A DNA stretch of 63,902 nucleotides, counting the filler, from Octopus bimaculoides (Eukaryota): NCBI RefSeq assembly GCF_001194135.2. It is 4 parts of 4 records of this genome, joined end to end, with 100 filler letters (N's around TTAATTAATTAA, not from the genome) between each part and the next. Parts side by side here need not be neighbours in the genome. Positions count along the whole stretch, not along the records: positions 1 to 31,713 come from NC_068998.1; 3 more parts are not named here. One strand, given 5' to 3'. How positions within the stretch are numbered: the stretch's first letter is position 1; every line of letters starts with the position of its first letter. Positions 1 to 12,102 of this stretch are shown here, piece after piece. Below the pieces are notes generated by a model. The model ran no database searches, was not told where the DNA came from, and saw only the letters and a list, made by a program, of their open reading frames with translations. The translations under genes were made by a program, and so were the position numbers.

Positions 1-185
1 GTGGTGGTGGTCATCGTCGTGGTGGTGCTAGTGATGGTTGTGGTGATTGTGGTGGTGGTTGTCACGGTGGTGGTAGTGGTTGCAGTGGTTGTCGTGGTGG
101 TAGTGGTTGCAGTGGTTGTCGTGGTGGTAGTGGTTGCAGTGGTTGTCGTGGTGGTGGCAGTGTTGGTGATGGTGGTGATTAGTTG
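1..185. repeat. Degenerate (GTG/GTT/GTC)n trinucleotide tract
   Basis: It produces the poly-Val pseudo-ORF 1..282. Confidence 0.9.
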
Positions 186-472
186 GTTGTTTAACCACAG
201 GTCATCTCCGGTCATGCTGATATGCAATCGAATGCAGTCCAGCTGTGATCATGCTATCGTTTTTTTTTTTAAGGTTACGTAGGACAACATTATCTGATAC
301 GTCTTGCCCTGCTTTTAAGATAGTAGAAAGTGATTTATAAGAGATTTAACTGCTATTTCTAGCTGATTGAGTAATAGCGTTAAGATTGTCCCAGTTGGTT
401 TGTGTTTATCGGTATTTTTGTGTGTGTGTGTGTTTGTGAATGTGTGTGTCTTTGTCTCTGCATTTTTGCTTG

Positions 473-507
<35 letters not shown>

Positions 508-1498
508 ATGCATGCGTGTGTGTTTGGCAGANNNNNNNNNNGGGGGTCTTTTTTGTGCTGTTGTGACTTTGTATACATGTACATGAGTGCGTGTATATTT
601 GTGTGCATGTGTGACTGCTCGCGTCTTTATATATGTGTGTGTGTGTGTGTGTGCGTGTTTATGTCATTTTGTGTCTGTATCTATGTATGCATGTGTTTGC
701 CTGTTTGTGCATGTCTATGTTTGTGTGTGCATGCGTGTCTTTGTGACGCTGCACGTATGTGTATGTACAATGTGTGTGTGTGTTTGTGTCTTTATGCTTC
801 TGTGTCATGTGTCTATACATGCACGTGTGTGTGTTCGTGTATATATAGACATATAAACTCTTAAAGACGAGAGGAGAAATAAGCTGATTGTGAATCGTAT
901 TAGCTTGTATAAAAACTGGAAAGACAAGATTAACAGTCTGGAGAAACTTATAAACTCATAACCATACGAAAGCAATCTTAAAACTATAAATCACGTTGTT
1001 TACTCAGGGATGCCATCCACATGAAAATAGTTAAGTTACTGTTTGTATAGTGAGTATCGAAAATTTAATTTTAAAAAATTGTGAACTGAGGTAAAAGATA
1101 ATATTAATTCATTAATGACTTGTAGGGACACCATATTTCGTTATGCAGATCCTTCTGATTTGGCAGACACCATTTTTTATTTAGTGTGTTTTCTACCGAA
1201 ACACTTTAAAACTTCGTATACTTGTATATTTTGTCTTATAGAACAGAGAAAAAATTTTTATATTCAAAGTTATTTCATGTTAAAAGTTGTCGTATTTCGG
1301 TAATTTCAACCAATCACTGACGTCTATTGAGGTGAAAACAATTACTGCTGTGGTTTGTCAACAACACTTTATGGCGGTGTAATGGGATCTTTTCCCTTGA
1401 ATAAAATTACTGCTGTTGTTTATCAACAACAACTATCGGCGGTACTGTTATTTATGACATCGTCCGTGCGTTTGTACTGGTTTTAGCTTTAGGGTTTT

Positions 1499-1616
1499 AG
1501 GGTTAGGGTTTGGGTTATGAGTACTTTTGCCAAATTTGGTGAAAATCTGTTCAATACACCGCCACAAATTTTTCACCAAATTTGGCAAAAATATTCATAA
1601 CCCTAACCCTAACCCT
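1499..1616. repeat. Hairpin with ~48-bp arms ending in TTAGGG/CCCTAA telomere-like repeats
   Basis: AGGGTTAGGGTTTGGGTTATGAGTACTTTTGCCAAATTTGGTGAAAAT pairs with ATTTTTCACCAAATTTGGCAAAAATATTCATAACCCTAACCCTAACCCT around a ~21-nt loop. Confidence 0.9.
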
Positions 1617-2044
1617 CCATACTGTGAAATCATAGAACCAAAATTAAGTGCTGCCACTCAGGGATCTCATAAGACCTAAGAAGCACTTGAAACCATGCAG
1701 ATGTAATACGCGGCAGCAAAATATTAATTAATTCAACGATAATTTAACGATAAAAAACGATAAAAAATTCAACAATAATTCAATTATAAAAAAAAACCAG
1801 AAACATTCAGTCCATTTAAATTTTTTTGCTTAACCTTCAGAGGTTTGAACTCACATATTAAAGTTTATGCTATCATTGCTAATTTTCCCTTTTCAAAAGC
1901 CACAAAGAATATATGCACTATAAATGAAAAAAAAAAAAAAATTATTAAATACAACAAAACAACATATATTGAGATTAAGTAGGATAATTGTCATAAATAA
2001 TAATCAATCAATAGATTTGACATTTCTTTTACAGTTAATATATA

Positions 2045-2118
<74 letters not shown>

Positions 2119-2566
2119 TATATATATATATGATATATACATATGTGATATATATATATATATTTCTATATATATAAATATATATGATGGTGAATTAGGG
2201 AATAAATTGATTTTTTACATGTCAAGAATACAGAACTAATTATATTGGCTTTAGCATTTATCAACTTAATTTTGAAACAATGAGGTAACCTCTAAATGAT
2301 TGATCAATCTGCTAGAAATAACAAACAAATTTGCCTCAAATTATGTTTTGTTATCTTTTTTTTAAAAATGATGAAATGGTTTTAAACTAGAAAATAAATA
2401 GATTTTTCACATGTCAAAAATACAAAACTAATGATATTTTCCTTGGCATATATCAGCTTCATTTTGAAACAGTAAAGGAGCCTCTATTAGGTTGATCAAT
2501 CTGCTAGAAATAGCAGGCAAATTTACCTCAAATCATGTTGTGCTCTTCATGAATCTTGTGGGTTTG

Positions 2567-3062
2567 TGAGTGCTGGTGCCACATAAAAAGCACCCGTGCC
2601 AGTATCACATAGTTACAACCCATGGTGGGGCTGCATAAAAGCACCCACCACACTCTGTAAAGCGGCTGGCGTTAGGAATGGCATCCAGCCATAGAAACTA
2701 TACCCAAAACAGACATGGAACCTGGGGAGCTCTTCAGTTGGCCAGCTCCTGTCAAACCATCCAACCCATGCCAGCATGGAAAACACACGTCTGATGATGA
2801 CGACGATTACAACGATGACGATATAAAATCAAGAGAGAATAAATGAATTTTCCTACATGCCAAGAATACAAAACTAATGATATTTACTTAATCATATCAT
2901 CATCATCATCATCATCATCATCATTTAACGTCCGCTTTCCATGCTAGCATGGGTTGGACGATTTGACTGAGGACTGGTGAAACCGGATGGCAACACCAGG
3001 CTCCAATCTAATTTGGCAGAGTTTCTACAGCTGGATGCCCTTCCTAACGCCAACCACTCAGT
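2567..3062. mobile_element. Inverted pair of SINE family B copies (2567-2825 +, 2893-3062 -) with (GAT)n tails
   Basis: Shared core GGCGTTAGGAA(T/G)GGCATCCAGC...CCATCCAACCCATGCCAGCATGGAAA. Other copies lie at 5090-5218(-), 10910-11152(-) and 29195-29400(-). Confidence 0.8.
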
Positions 3063-3278
3063 GAGGAAGCTAGAAATAGAAGAGAAATCTGCTTCATTAT
3101 ATACTTTGCTATTAAACAAAATATCAATAGTGACTAAATGGATATTTTTCGTGTCAAAAATATAGAGCTAAAGATATTTAGAAAGCTTCAGCTGTTCTAG
3201 TCAATCGCAATAGTCAAGGCCTGTCATGCCATCTACCTTTTTTGTAACTTACCTTTGAAGTGCTTCAATTTTCATGAA

Positions 3279-3325
<47 letters not shown>

Positions 3326-3357
3326 GTAATGTATGTAAATATCTATATCTATCTATA

Positions 3358-3417
<60 letters not shown>

Positions 3418-3864
3418 TATATGTATATATATATGTATGTATATATGAATGAATACAAAACAGCAACACACACACATGCACACACACGCACATGCACACA
3501 CACACACACACACATACTCACACACATCCAAATCGCTAATTAGGTCTCCTCAGAGGAAACTAGTATATCATATTTCACACTTTTGCAATTTTGCATTTTA
3601 CTCCAGTTCACTTTTTTGGGTTTTCCAAACACACCATATTGGTACAATATTGGTTCACTTTTCAGTGATTGCAATAGGAAAATAGTTTGCCTATTGTTCA
3701 CACTTCAGTAGTTAACAAAAGGAAAAGAAGCTAACCATTAAAAAGTAATTGCTAAAACAAAAAAAAAACAAAAAAAAACGAGAAAACTGCCCAGAAATCT
3801 ATGGAACAAATAACCTTATACCATGGAAATAACTGTAAGAAATATGATATACATATATAGTTCC

Positions 3865-4038
3865 AGGCATGGCTGTGTGGTAAGAAACTTGCTTCCCAAC
3901 CACATGGTTCTGGGTTCAGTTCCACTGCATGATACCATGAGCAAGTGTCTTCTACTATGGCCTAGGGCCGACCAAAGCCTTGTGAGTGGATTTGGTAGAC
4001 GGAAACTGAAAGAAGCCTGTTATATATATGTGTGTGTG

Positions 4039-4081
<43 letters not shown>

Positions 4082-4300
4082 ACTTGTGTCTGTGTTTGTC
4101 GCCCCACAGTCACAGCTTGACGACCAGTGTTGGTAAGTTTGCAACCTGGTGACTTAGTGGTCTGGCAAAAAGAGACCAATAGAATAAGTACTAGGCTTAA
4201 AAAATAAATCCTGCGGTTAATTTGTTCAAGCAAAATCCTTTGAGGTGATGCTCCAGCATGGCCACAGTCAAATGACAGAAGCAATTAAAAAAAATAAAAG
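3865..4300 (+). mobile_element. tRNA-headed SINE family A (head GGCTGTGTGGTAAG...GGTTCAGTCCC; internal (TA)/(TG) tract; tail TGACTGAAACAAGTAAAAGA)
   Basis: Pol III A/B-like boxes and many homologous copies across the window. Confidence 0.85.
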
Positions 4301-4397
4301 CATATATATATATATATATATATATATAGATAGATAGATAGATAGACAGACAGACAAACAGATAGATAGATAGATAGATAGACAGACAGACAAACAT

Positions 4398-4430
<33 letters not shown>

Positions 4431-4891
4431 CAGACAGACAAACATATAGATAGATAGATAGATAGATAGACAGACAAACAGATAGGTAGATAGATAGATA
4501 GATAGGTTTATAACTAATTCATTTCTATTCACATGTTACATACCAGCTAACTTCCAACAATGAAAAATAGGTCAGATGTCAGCTAATTTATTTTCAGATT
4601 TATTTTCCTCTGAGAGTTATATCTACCAAAAAGAATTTCTGACAGAAATTCTTTAAATTTGATAGCAGAAATTTCAGTTTTCTGTTATAATTTTACTTTT
4701 CTGAAAATTAATGGCTGTAGCACTGTTTATTTATTTATGTCTTAGAATTTCTTTGTCCTTTCTAAGACATTAATTAAGTAGAATGAAAAAGTTCCTCCTG
4801 GTAGCTTCATCCATTTAAAAAATTTTTATTATCATTTTTATTTTATTTTATATATCTTTTTTTAATGCAGAAGTTAGCAACTTGAAACATC

Positions 4892-5098
4892 ATTCATTCA
4901 GTATCATCATCATCATCATCATCATCATTGTCATCATCCTCACTGTCATCATCCTCACTGTCACCATCATTGATGTCATCATTGTTGTCGTCACCGTCAT
5001 CGTCGTTGTCGTCGTCATCATCATCATCATCATCATCATCTTCATCATCATCATTAGCGCCATCATCATCATATTCATCATCAGCACTATCATCATTT
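4892..5098. repeat. Degenerate (CAT)n tract
   Basis: It produces poly-I/S/M/D pseudo-ORFs. Similar tracts lie at 10040-10160, 19440-19710, 31990-32135 and 35690-35850. Confidence 0.9.
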
Positions 5099-5258
5099 AA
5101 CATCGATTTTCCCTGTCAGCATGGGCTGGACAGTTTGACAGGAGCTAGAAATTCGGAAAACTGCACCAGGACCCCAATTGTCTGCTTTGGCAAGATTTCT
5201 AGGTATGGGTGCCCTTTCTAACATTTGACGGATATTCGTCCTCATCTTGTTTGTTGTT

Positions 5259-5304
5259 AACACAACGTTTCAGCTGATATACCCTCCAGCCTTCATCAGG
5301 TGTC
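5259..5304 (-). ncRNA. Minimal type-I hammerhead ribozyme motif (inverted copy)
   Basis: The reverse complement reads GACAC-CTGATGA-A-GGCTG(gagggtatat)CAGCT-GAAA-CG-TT-GTGTT. Stem II is fully paired (5 bp including one G-U) and the core is intact, with one extra A after CUGAUGA. Confidence 0.6.
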
Positions 5305-5509
5305 TTGGGGAAATTTTGAACCTGGGTTCTCATTCCTATCGATGGCATATGGCGTAGTGGTTAAGAGCGCGGGCTAATAACCCCGAGGTTCCGAGTTCGA
5401 TTCACGGCAGCGACCTGATTAATAATAATAGTAATAATAATAATAATAATATAATAATAATAATAGTAACATCGATAGGAATGAGAACTCAGGTTCGAAA
5501 TTTCCCCAA

Positions 5510-5555
5510 GACACCTGACGAAGGCTGGAGGGTATATCAACTGAAACGTTGTGTT
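5510..5555 (+). ncRNA. Minimal type-I hammerhead ribozyme motif (Penelope-like element type)
   Basis: GACAC-CTGACGA-A-GGCTG(gagggtatat)CAACT-GAAA-CG-TT-GTGTT. It has stem I GACAC/GTGTT, core CUGANGA and GAAA, stem II 4 of 5 pairs, a palindromic AACGTT stem III and a GUU cleavage triplet. Confidence 0.5.
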
Positions 5556-5639
5556 AACAACAAACAAGATGAGGACGAATATCCGTCAAATGTAAATAAT
5601 GTAAATAATTCCTCATCTCTTAAATATAGAACTGTATTA

Positions 5640-6245
5640 AGGAAATTTGGATCTTTGTTAGAAACTGTTTCTTTCTCTATTGACAAGAAATCTTGAAATA
5701 AACTGAATAATGACATACATACATTCATACAAACCAGTGGCCCAGTGAATCAACATTAATTTGAAGATCAATTGGAACAGAAACACCTACACTGAACTAT
5801 TGAGAAATTTGCAGCTACTCTACTTGGATTACAAATTCAGATTTATACCTGTAATTATTGGAGCACTAGGATATGTAACCAACTGCCTCAGCACCAATTT
5901 TGTGAAATTAAGGTTCTCAAAACCAGTGAAGAGAAAGCTAATTAGAAGATTACAGACACAAGCCATCAATCGAACTGTCAAAATTTGTAAATCTTTCTCA
6001 AGTTTAGCAATCAAGTACATAATCTGATGCCTAATCATGCAACAATATGCATGAGAATGCATACATACATAAAACAAAATAGACAAATTTGCATATGAGC
6101 TGACTCCCGATATTGCACACAAATGCATGGTCATGCACAAATCCTTTGCGGATGTTGTTTAAAATTCTAATGAAGGAGCCTTGAATCTAGCTTAGAAACT
6201 GACTCTTTCTCCATTGGCAAGTAATTTAGAAATAAAACTAAATAA
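5640..6245 (+). mobile_element. 3' fragments of an RLE-type non-LTR retrotransposon (CRE/NeSL-like): a short 3' tip (5640-5712) and a longer ORF-end + 3'UTR piece (5745-6245)
   Basis: ORF 5761-6027 (YTELLRNLQLLYLDYKFRFIPVIIGALGYV...LIRRLQTQAINRTVKICKSF) resembles the C-terminus of a restriction-like endonuclease. The 3' terminus ttagaaactg..tctttctc.attg.caag.aat.t.gaaataaaact.aataat occurs at both ~5658-5712 and ~6191-6246, each followed by (ACAT)n. Confidence 0.7.
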
Positions 6246-6292
6246 TAGCATGCGTACATACATACATTATACATACGTACATACATACATAA

Positions 6293-6448
6293 GCGCAGGA
6301 GTGGCTGTATTGTAAGTAGCTTGCTTCCCATGGTTCTAGGTTCAGTCCCACTGCGTGGCACCTTGGGCAAGTGTCTTCTACTATAGCTTCAGGCTGACCA
6401 AAGCCTTGTGAGTGGATTTGGTAGAGGGAAACTGAAAGAAGCCCATCA

Positions 6449-6505
<57 letters not shown>

Positions 6506-6745
6506 TTGTGTATATATATATGTATGTGTGTGTATATGTTTGTGTGTCTGTGTTTGTCCCCCAACATCACTTGTCAATTGATGCTGGTGTGTTTACGTCC
6601 CCGTCACTTAATGGTTCGGCGAAAGAGACCGATAGAATAAGTACCAGGCTTAGAAAGAATAAATCCTGGGGTTGATTTCTTCAACTAAAGGCAGTGCTCC
6701 AGTATGGCCGCAGTCAAATGACTGAAACAAGTAAAAGAGTAAAAA
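6293..6745 (+). mobile_element. SINE family A, full-length copy
   Basis: Collinear with 3865-4300. It sits in the (ACAT)n tract between the RLE-LINE fragments. Confidence 0.85.
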
Positions 6746-6764
6746 ATATACATACATACGTACA

Positions 6765-7030
6765 TACAACATCTGTCAAATGTAAGCATAACAGGCCGGA
6801 TGTTGTTGTTTGGGACAGAGGGGCAAAGGCATGTAGCATCGTAGAGGTCAACTGCCCTGCAGATATAAGATATAAATATCTCTTTGGAAAATCAAATAAA
6901 AAGAGGATATCTATGGACAACTGCTTTGAAACCTCTATATCCAGACTATGAAGTCATATTCATAGCAATAATAATTGGAGCTCTAGGTTTTGTTATTAAA
7001 TGCTTAAAGGTGAATTTGGCTGCTGTATCT
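6765..7030 (+). mobile_element. Frameshifted restriction-like endonuclease fragment of the same RLE LINE family
   Basis: KCKHNRPDVVVWDRGAKACSIVEVNCPAD (PD-(D/E)xK-type motif), then after a frameshift LYPDYEVIFIAIIIGALGFVIKCLKVNL, homologous to 5761-6027. Confidence 0.75.
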
Positions 7031-8351
7031 AGCAAACTGACTGGTCACACAGAAGCTCTCTTGTTGGCTTGCAGATATTTTAGATGCATCCACCTGCAAA
7101 TCCTTCACAACTGTATAAATATAAATATATATTCTTTAGTGGAATGCCAACTTAACCTACATAAGTGTATCTGACAATCTGCAAATAAAAAATCCTTAAC
7201 ATGACAAATAAGTCAACTGCTACCCATTGCTTGTCATATCTACTACTACTCAGTGAGTCAGTGGAGGGAAGGGGAATCCCTATATGGCTGCGTAACTTGC
7301 TAGAAACAACAGCCAGATCTCACATTTCTCTCATTATCTCCGGTCATCTTACAGAGAGGAACTCATTGGATGAAATTAATCTAGATCTAATGTAAACAAT
7401 GGTATAGGAAAATGTCACAGCTACAAAAAGTGCCAAATCTACCTGAAATCATCTCCTAGTGTTTTAGCAAAAGAAGGACTTATTGGATAATGTGTCCTTT
7501 CTTGGGCTGGTCATAGTTGGAATGGCTTTGATAATGGGTCTGGGTTGACATGAGATTACAAGACTACATAAACTACTAATGCATCCACAAACCAATGAGG
7601 GATCTTTGTTTAGTTACAATTTCAGTTTAATTGCTATTTCAAGTTTGTACAGCTTGAGATAACAGCGAAATCTTCCTTAAATCACTTTTTACTCTCTTGA
7701 CTAAAGGAAGGAAACATTATACACTGCAATAATCTATATTGGTGTCGGTATGGCTCTTGGCACAGACAAAGACAAGGAAATTTCCTTGACCATCAGCTTG
7801 TACACACCGAAGTTCAGCTTGCCTGGGGCACCAGTAACCCTGGCGCCAACCCTGACTAGGACACACTTTCAGCAGCAGATCTAAAACCATACTTAATTTT
7901 ATTAACCCCAGAAGGATGAAAGGTAACTTTAACTTTGGTAGGATTTGAACATATAATGTAAAGAACAGTAGCAAATACCACAAGACATTTTGTTTGTTGC
8001 TTCAAGTATGTCTTTCTGTGTTTTCTTTTGGCTTAGCTATCACCACTACAAGATTAGCAAAATAATAGGCGGTTCCTGAAATCTGAGTAACTTGAGCATT
8101 TCCCTGTGTATTTATAATAACAGGATTGTGCCTTTAAAACTCTTGTTTCATTTATTTTTATTCAAATTCCATTGTTTTTCAAGAAAGTTGGCTTCTATAG
8201 AAATTCTATCTCTGAAAGAAATTTTAGAGTACAGTTTCTTTGTTTTGTTTATTTTTCTGTTTTGTATAATCAACAAACAGTAATACTTACATATGTACAC
8301 ATACACACACACATACATACATTGCATCTGCAGGCACACACATACATAAAT

Positions 8352-8386
<35 letters not shown>

Positions 8387-9014
8387 CATTATATTGTCAG
8401 TACTGCATATATCTGATGTGTGTGTGTGAGTGCATTTATACATATAAATCTATATATACACATATATATGTGTTTGTGTGTGTGTATATACATACATATA
8501 TGTGTGCATGTATATGTAGAAAGAGAAAGAGAAATAGTGAGAGAGAGAGAAAGAAAGAGCGAGCCAAACAGATAAATATTTACATATAAACATATATAAA
8601 TATACCCCCATATTTTTGAATCTATATCTATCTATTTATTTATCTCTCCCTTCCACTTTCTTTCTGCCTGTCTGTTTGTCTCTCTTTCTCCTTGCCCTCT
8701 CTCCACACACACACACACACACACATACAAAGTGTTACAAATTCATGAAATCAGACAGAACGTAAATAAATAAATAAATAAATAAAGAAGAATTTATGAC
8801 TTACATTGTTTAAAAAAAAAAAAATGGAAGAAAAACCTACGTCTGATGTGATCGATTTTTTTTAAAGCCACGATGCAAAAAGTCAATGACTAATTGTATT
8901 GAGTAAAGAGGAATTAAAAAGAAATAAGTTGAGGTATGAAGTCAGAGATGATGGTGGGGATATTCCAGTATCTCTCGGTCTAAACTGGCTGGGGTCTGAT
9001 TCCAAGAGTAATTC

Positions 9015-9467
9015 TGGTAAGAAGCTTGCTTACCAACCACCTGGTTCTGGGTTCAGTCCCACTGTGTGGCACCTTGGGCAAGTGTCTTCTACTATGGCCT
9101 CAGGCTGACCAAAGCTTTGTGAGTGGATTTGGTGGACGGAAACTAGAAGAAGCCCGTCATATATATATATATATATTTGTGTGTGTGTGTGTCTGTGTTG
9201 TCCACCCACCTCCCCAATCATCACTTGACGACTGATGTTGGTGTGTTTACATCCCTGTAACTTAACGGTTCGGCAAAAAAGACCGATAGAATAAGTACCA
9301 GGCTTACAAGAAATAAGTCCAAGGGTTGGTTTCTTTGACTAAAAGGCGGTGCTCCAGCATGGCCACAGTCAAATGACTGAAACAAGTAAAAGAATAAAAG
9401 AATGTGTGTGTGTGTGTGTGTGTGTGAGNNNNNNNNNNTGACTGAAACAAGTAAAAGAATAAAAGAA
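9015..9467 (+). mobile_element. SINE family A copy (tail duplicated across a 10-N gap)
   Basis: Collinear with other copies. Further partial copies: 10405-10580(-), 11255-11410(+), 22440-22528(+). Confidence 0.85.
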
Positions 9468-10640
9468 TGTGTGTGTGTGTGTGTGTGTGTGAGTGTGTTT
9501 GTGTGTGTGTATACAAAGGTAGACTTGTAGGTAGGCTGATGAACGAATCTACCATGCAGACATGCATACATACATACATACATACATACATACATACATA
9601 AATATCTACATGCAAGCTACATATATACAAGAGTACATACAACACACACACACACACACACACATACATATATATAGGAATACATACACGCATATATACT
9701 TGTGTGCATGTGTGTGTGTGTGTGTGTGTGTATGAAGGAATGAATGAATGGCAGGTTTCTTTATTTTCCGAAACATATTTGAAGGATTTTAGTCTCAAAG
9801 TGAAAGAATATTGAATAACATGAGAACATGATTCCAATAGTAATGACTGTTGATGTTTCAAAGTATGACATAACTGAATTATAAACACAACTAGATTATG
9901 ATATAACGGAATAATGATATAACTTGTTTAAGACATAACTGAATTTTTCAAATATGATATAACTGAAGCCTCCTCATCCCTCGCCTTTATAGCAAAGGAT
10001 GACTTCAGCGGTACTCCCTTGAGTTCTGATCATGGTAACGATGATGATGATGATGATGATGGTAGCAGTTGTGGTGATGATGATAACAACAATGATGATG
10101 ATGATGACGGTCATGATGACGATATGACAGTGGTGGTGGTGGTGATGGTAAGGTTGATGATGAAGCAAAACTGAGAAAATGTTTCACTGTTTATATTGGA
10201 AAACACTGTATAGCATACAGAATGTTAAAGTACTTAAAAATTTCGAAATAAATGATGTTTTCATTATTCTGGTTGTTGTTGCTGTTGAACAAACAATGTA
10301 TAACTGTGACTGTGGACAAATGATGTATAATGACGAATCTGTACTCACCAAAGTAAATACGTGAGTATAGACACCAGATACAAATGAATTGAAGGTTCTG
10401 AGTTATTCCTTTACTTGTCTCAGTCATTTGACTGTGGCCATGCTGAAGCACCACCTTTAATCGAGCAAATCAACCGCAGGACTTATTCTTTGCAAGACTA
10501 GTACTTACTCTATCAGTCTCTTTTGCCGAATCGCTAAGTTACGGAGACGTAAACACACCAGCATGGGTTGTCAAGCGATGTTGGGGTGACAAATACACAC
10601 ACACACATGTGTGCACATACACACACACACGTGTGCACAT

Positions 10641-10679
<39 letters not shown>

Positions 10680-11412
10680 CTCTCTCTTTTATCCTTTTAC
10701 TGAAACAAAAGAAAAAACACACCATTGAAATTCTGAAGCTTCAAACTAAAGTGTGATTAATTCAAAGCAATGTGAATAAATGGGAATTACATTTGACAAA
10801 GAGATCTAAATGCTAAAGGGTTAACCAGGGCATAAGTCAAATAGTCAATTAGTTAATTGGTCAAATTACTATAAAGAAGTACAATTGAACCTGTGCATGT
10901 AATATCATCTTCATCATCATCATCATCGTTTAACGTCCACTTTCCATGCTGGAATGGGTTGGACGGTTTGACTGAGGACTGGCAAGCCAGTAGGCTGCAC
11001 CAGGCTCCAATCTGATCTGGCAAGGTTTCTACAGGGGGATGCCCTTCCTAACGCCAACTGAGAGTGTAGTGGGTGCTTTTTACCTGCCACTGGCACAGGG
11101 GTCAGTCAGGTGGTACTGGCAATGACCAAGCTTAAATGGTGCTTTTTACGTGCTGCTGGCATATTGATTCTCCCAAGACAAGATGATATAAAGAAATATG
11201 AAATCAATGTTTACAATTTTTGTTCAAGACAGGAAGGATATATATAATATATAGGGATAGATGTGCCTGTGTGGAAAGAGGTTTTCACCCCAACCACATG
11301 GCTCCAGATTCAGTCCCACTGTGTGGCACCTTGGGGGAGTGTCTTCTACTATAGCACCAGGTCGACCAAAGCTTTTCCAGTGGATTTGGTAAACAAAATG
11401 AAAACAGCCTCT

Positions 11413-11489
<77 letters not shown>

Positions 11490-11775
11490 TTAGAAATGGA
11501 TGCGTGGCATTCGATCATATAATAATATAAATAATATATATATATATGCATATATGCATGTACATATCTACATATATATGTATATACACATGCACATATG
11601 GGTACAGGACATCAAATAAACGTGGACAACATGAAAAACGAGAACATGAAAAACAAAAACATACAAAACGAACATTTTTTTCAAACAACAATTAATACAA
11701 ATTAATACAGAAGACAGAGTGTAACTAGAAGCATTTATTAGCACAACATAAAAAATTCAATCGAGAGGAAGTATA

Positions 11776-11813
<38 letters not shown>

Positions 11814-12046
11814 TGAGAGAAAGGGAGAAAAGATCGGGAGAAATAAATCAGATTGTTCACATTAACAAAATTGGAGCTAAAGAATATATTACGGAATTCT
11901 ATTTAAAAATTCTGGTAATATAATCAAGGTATTAGGTGTGTCATCCCCAAAAAGTTACATGGAGCTGCATCTTGCGCAAGTGTTGCAGATTTAAATAAGT
12001 CAATTGTACCTGCTCGGTAGCAACGGTCGTAAAAAGAATAAATAAA

Positions 12047-12102
<56 letters not shown>

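Larger units (their letters stand above)
5221..5636 (+). mobile_element. Composite SINE: inverted Penelope-pLTR-like module + tRNA-like head + (AAT)n + forward pLTR-like module
   Basis: 5221-5343 is a near-perfect reverse complement of 5471-5593 (123-bp arms). Between them lie A-box TGGCGTAGTGG (5350-5360), B-box GAGTTCGATTC (5393-5403) and (AAT)n (5420-5465). Confidence 0.75.

Noticed and set aside
1485-1616. True telomere
   Set aside because: There are only 2-4 imperfect hexamers, they are internal, and they occur in both orientations as hairpin arms.
5350-5415. Functional tRNA gene
   Set aside because: A/B boxes are present, but the acceptor stem does not close and the sequence runs into (AAT)n and a repeat body. 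It is a SINE head. The same applies to 51616-51680 and the other SINE heads.
9380-9500. Tandem duplication of a SINE tail
   Set aside because: The identical sequence flanks a 10-N gap, so it is most likely an unmerged contig overlap.
10330-10400. Opposed GTGAGT donor-like sites (TACTCAC...GTGAGTA)
   Set aside because: It is a 7-bp inverted repeat with no matching acceptor or recognisable reading frame on either strand.
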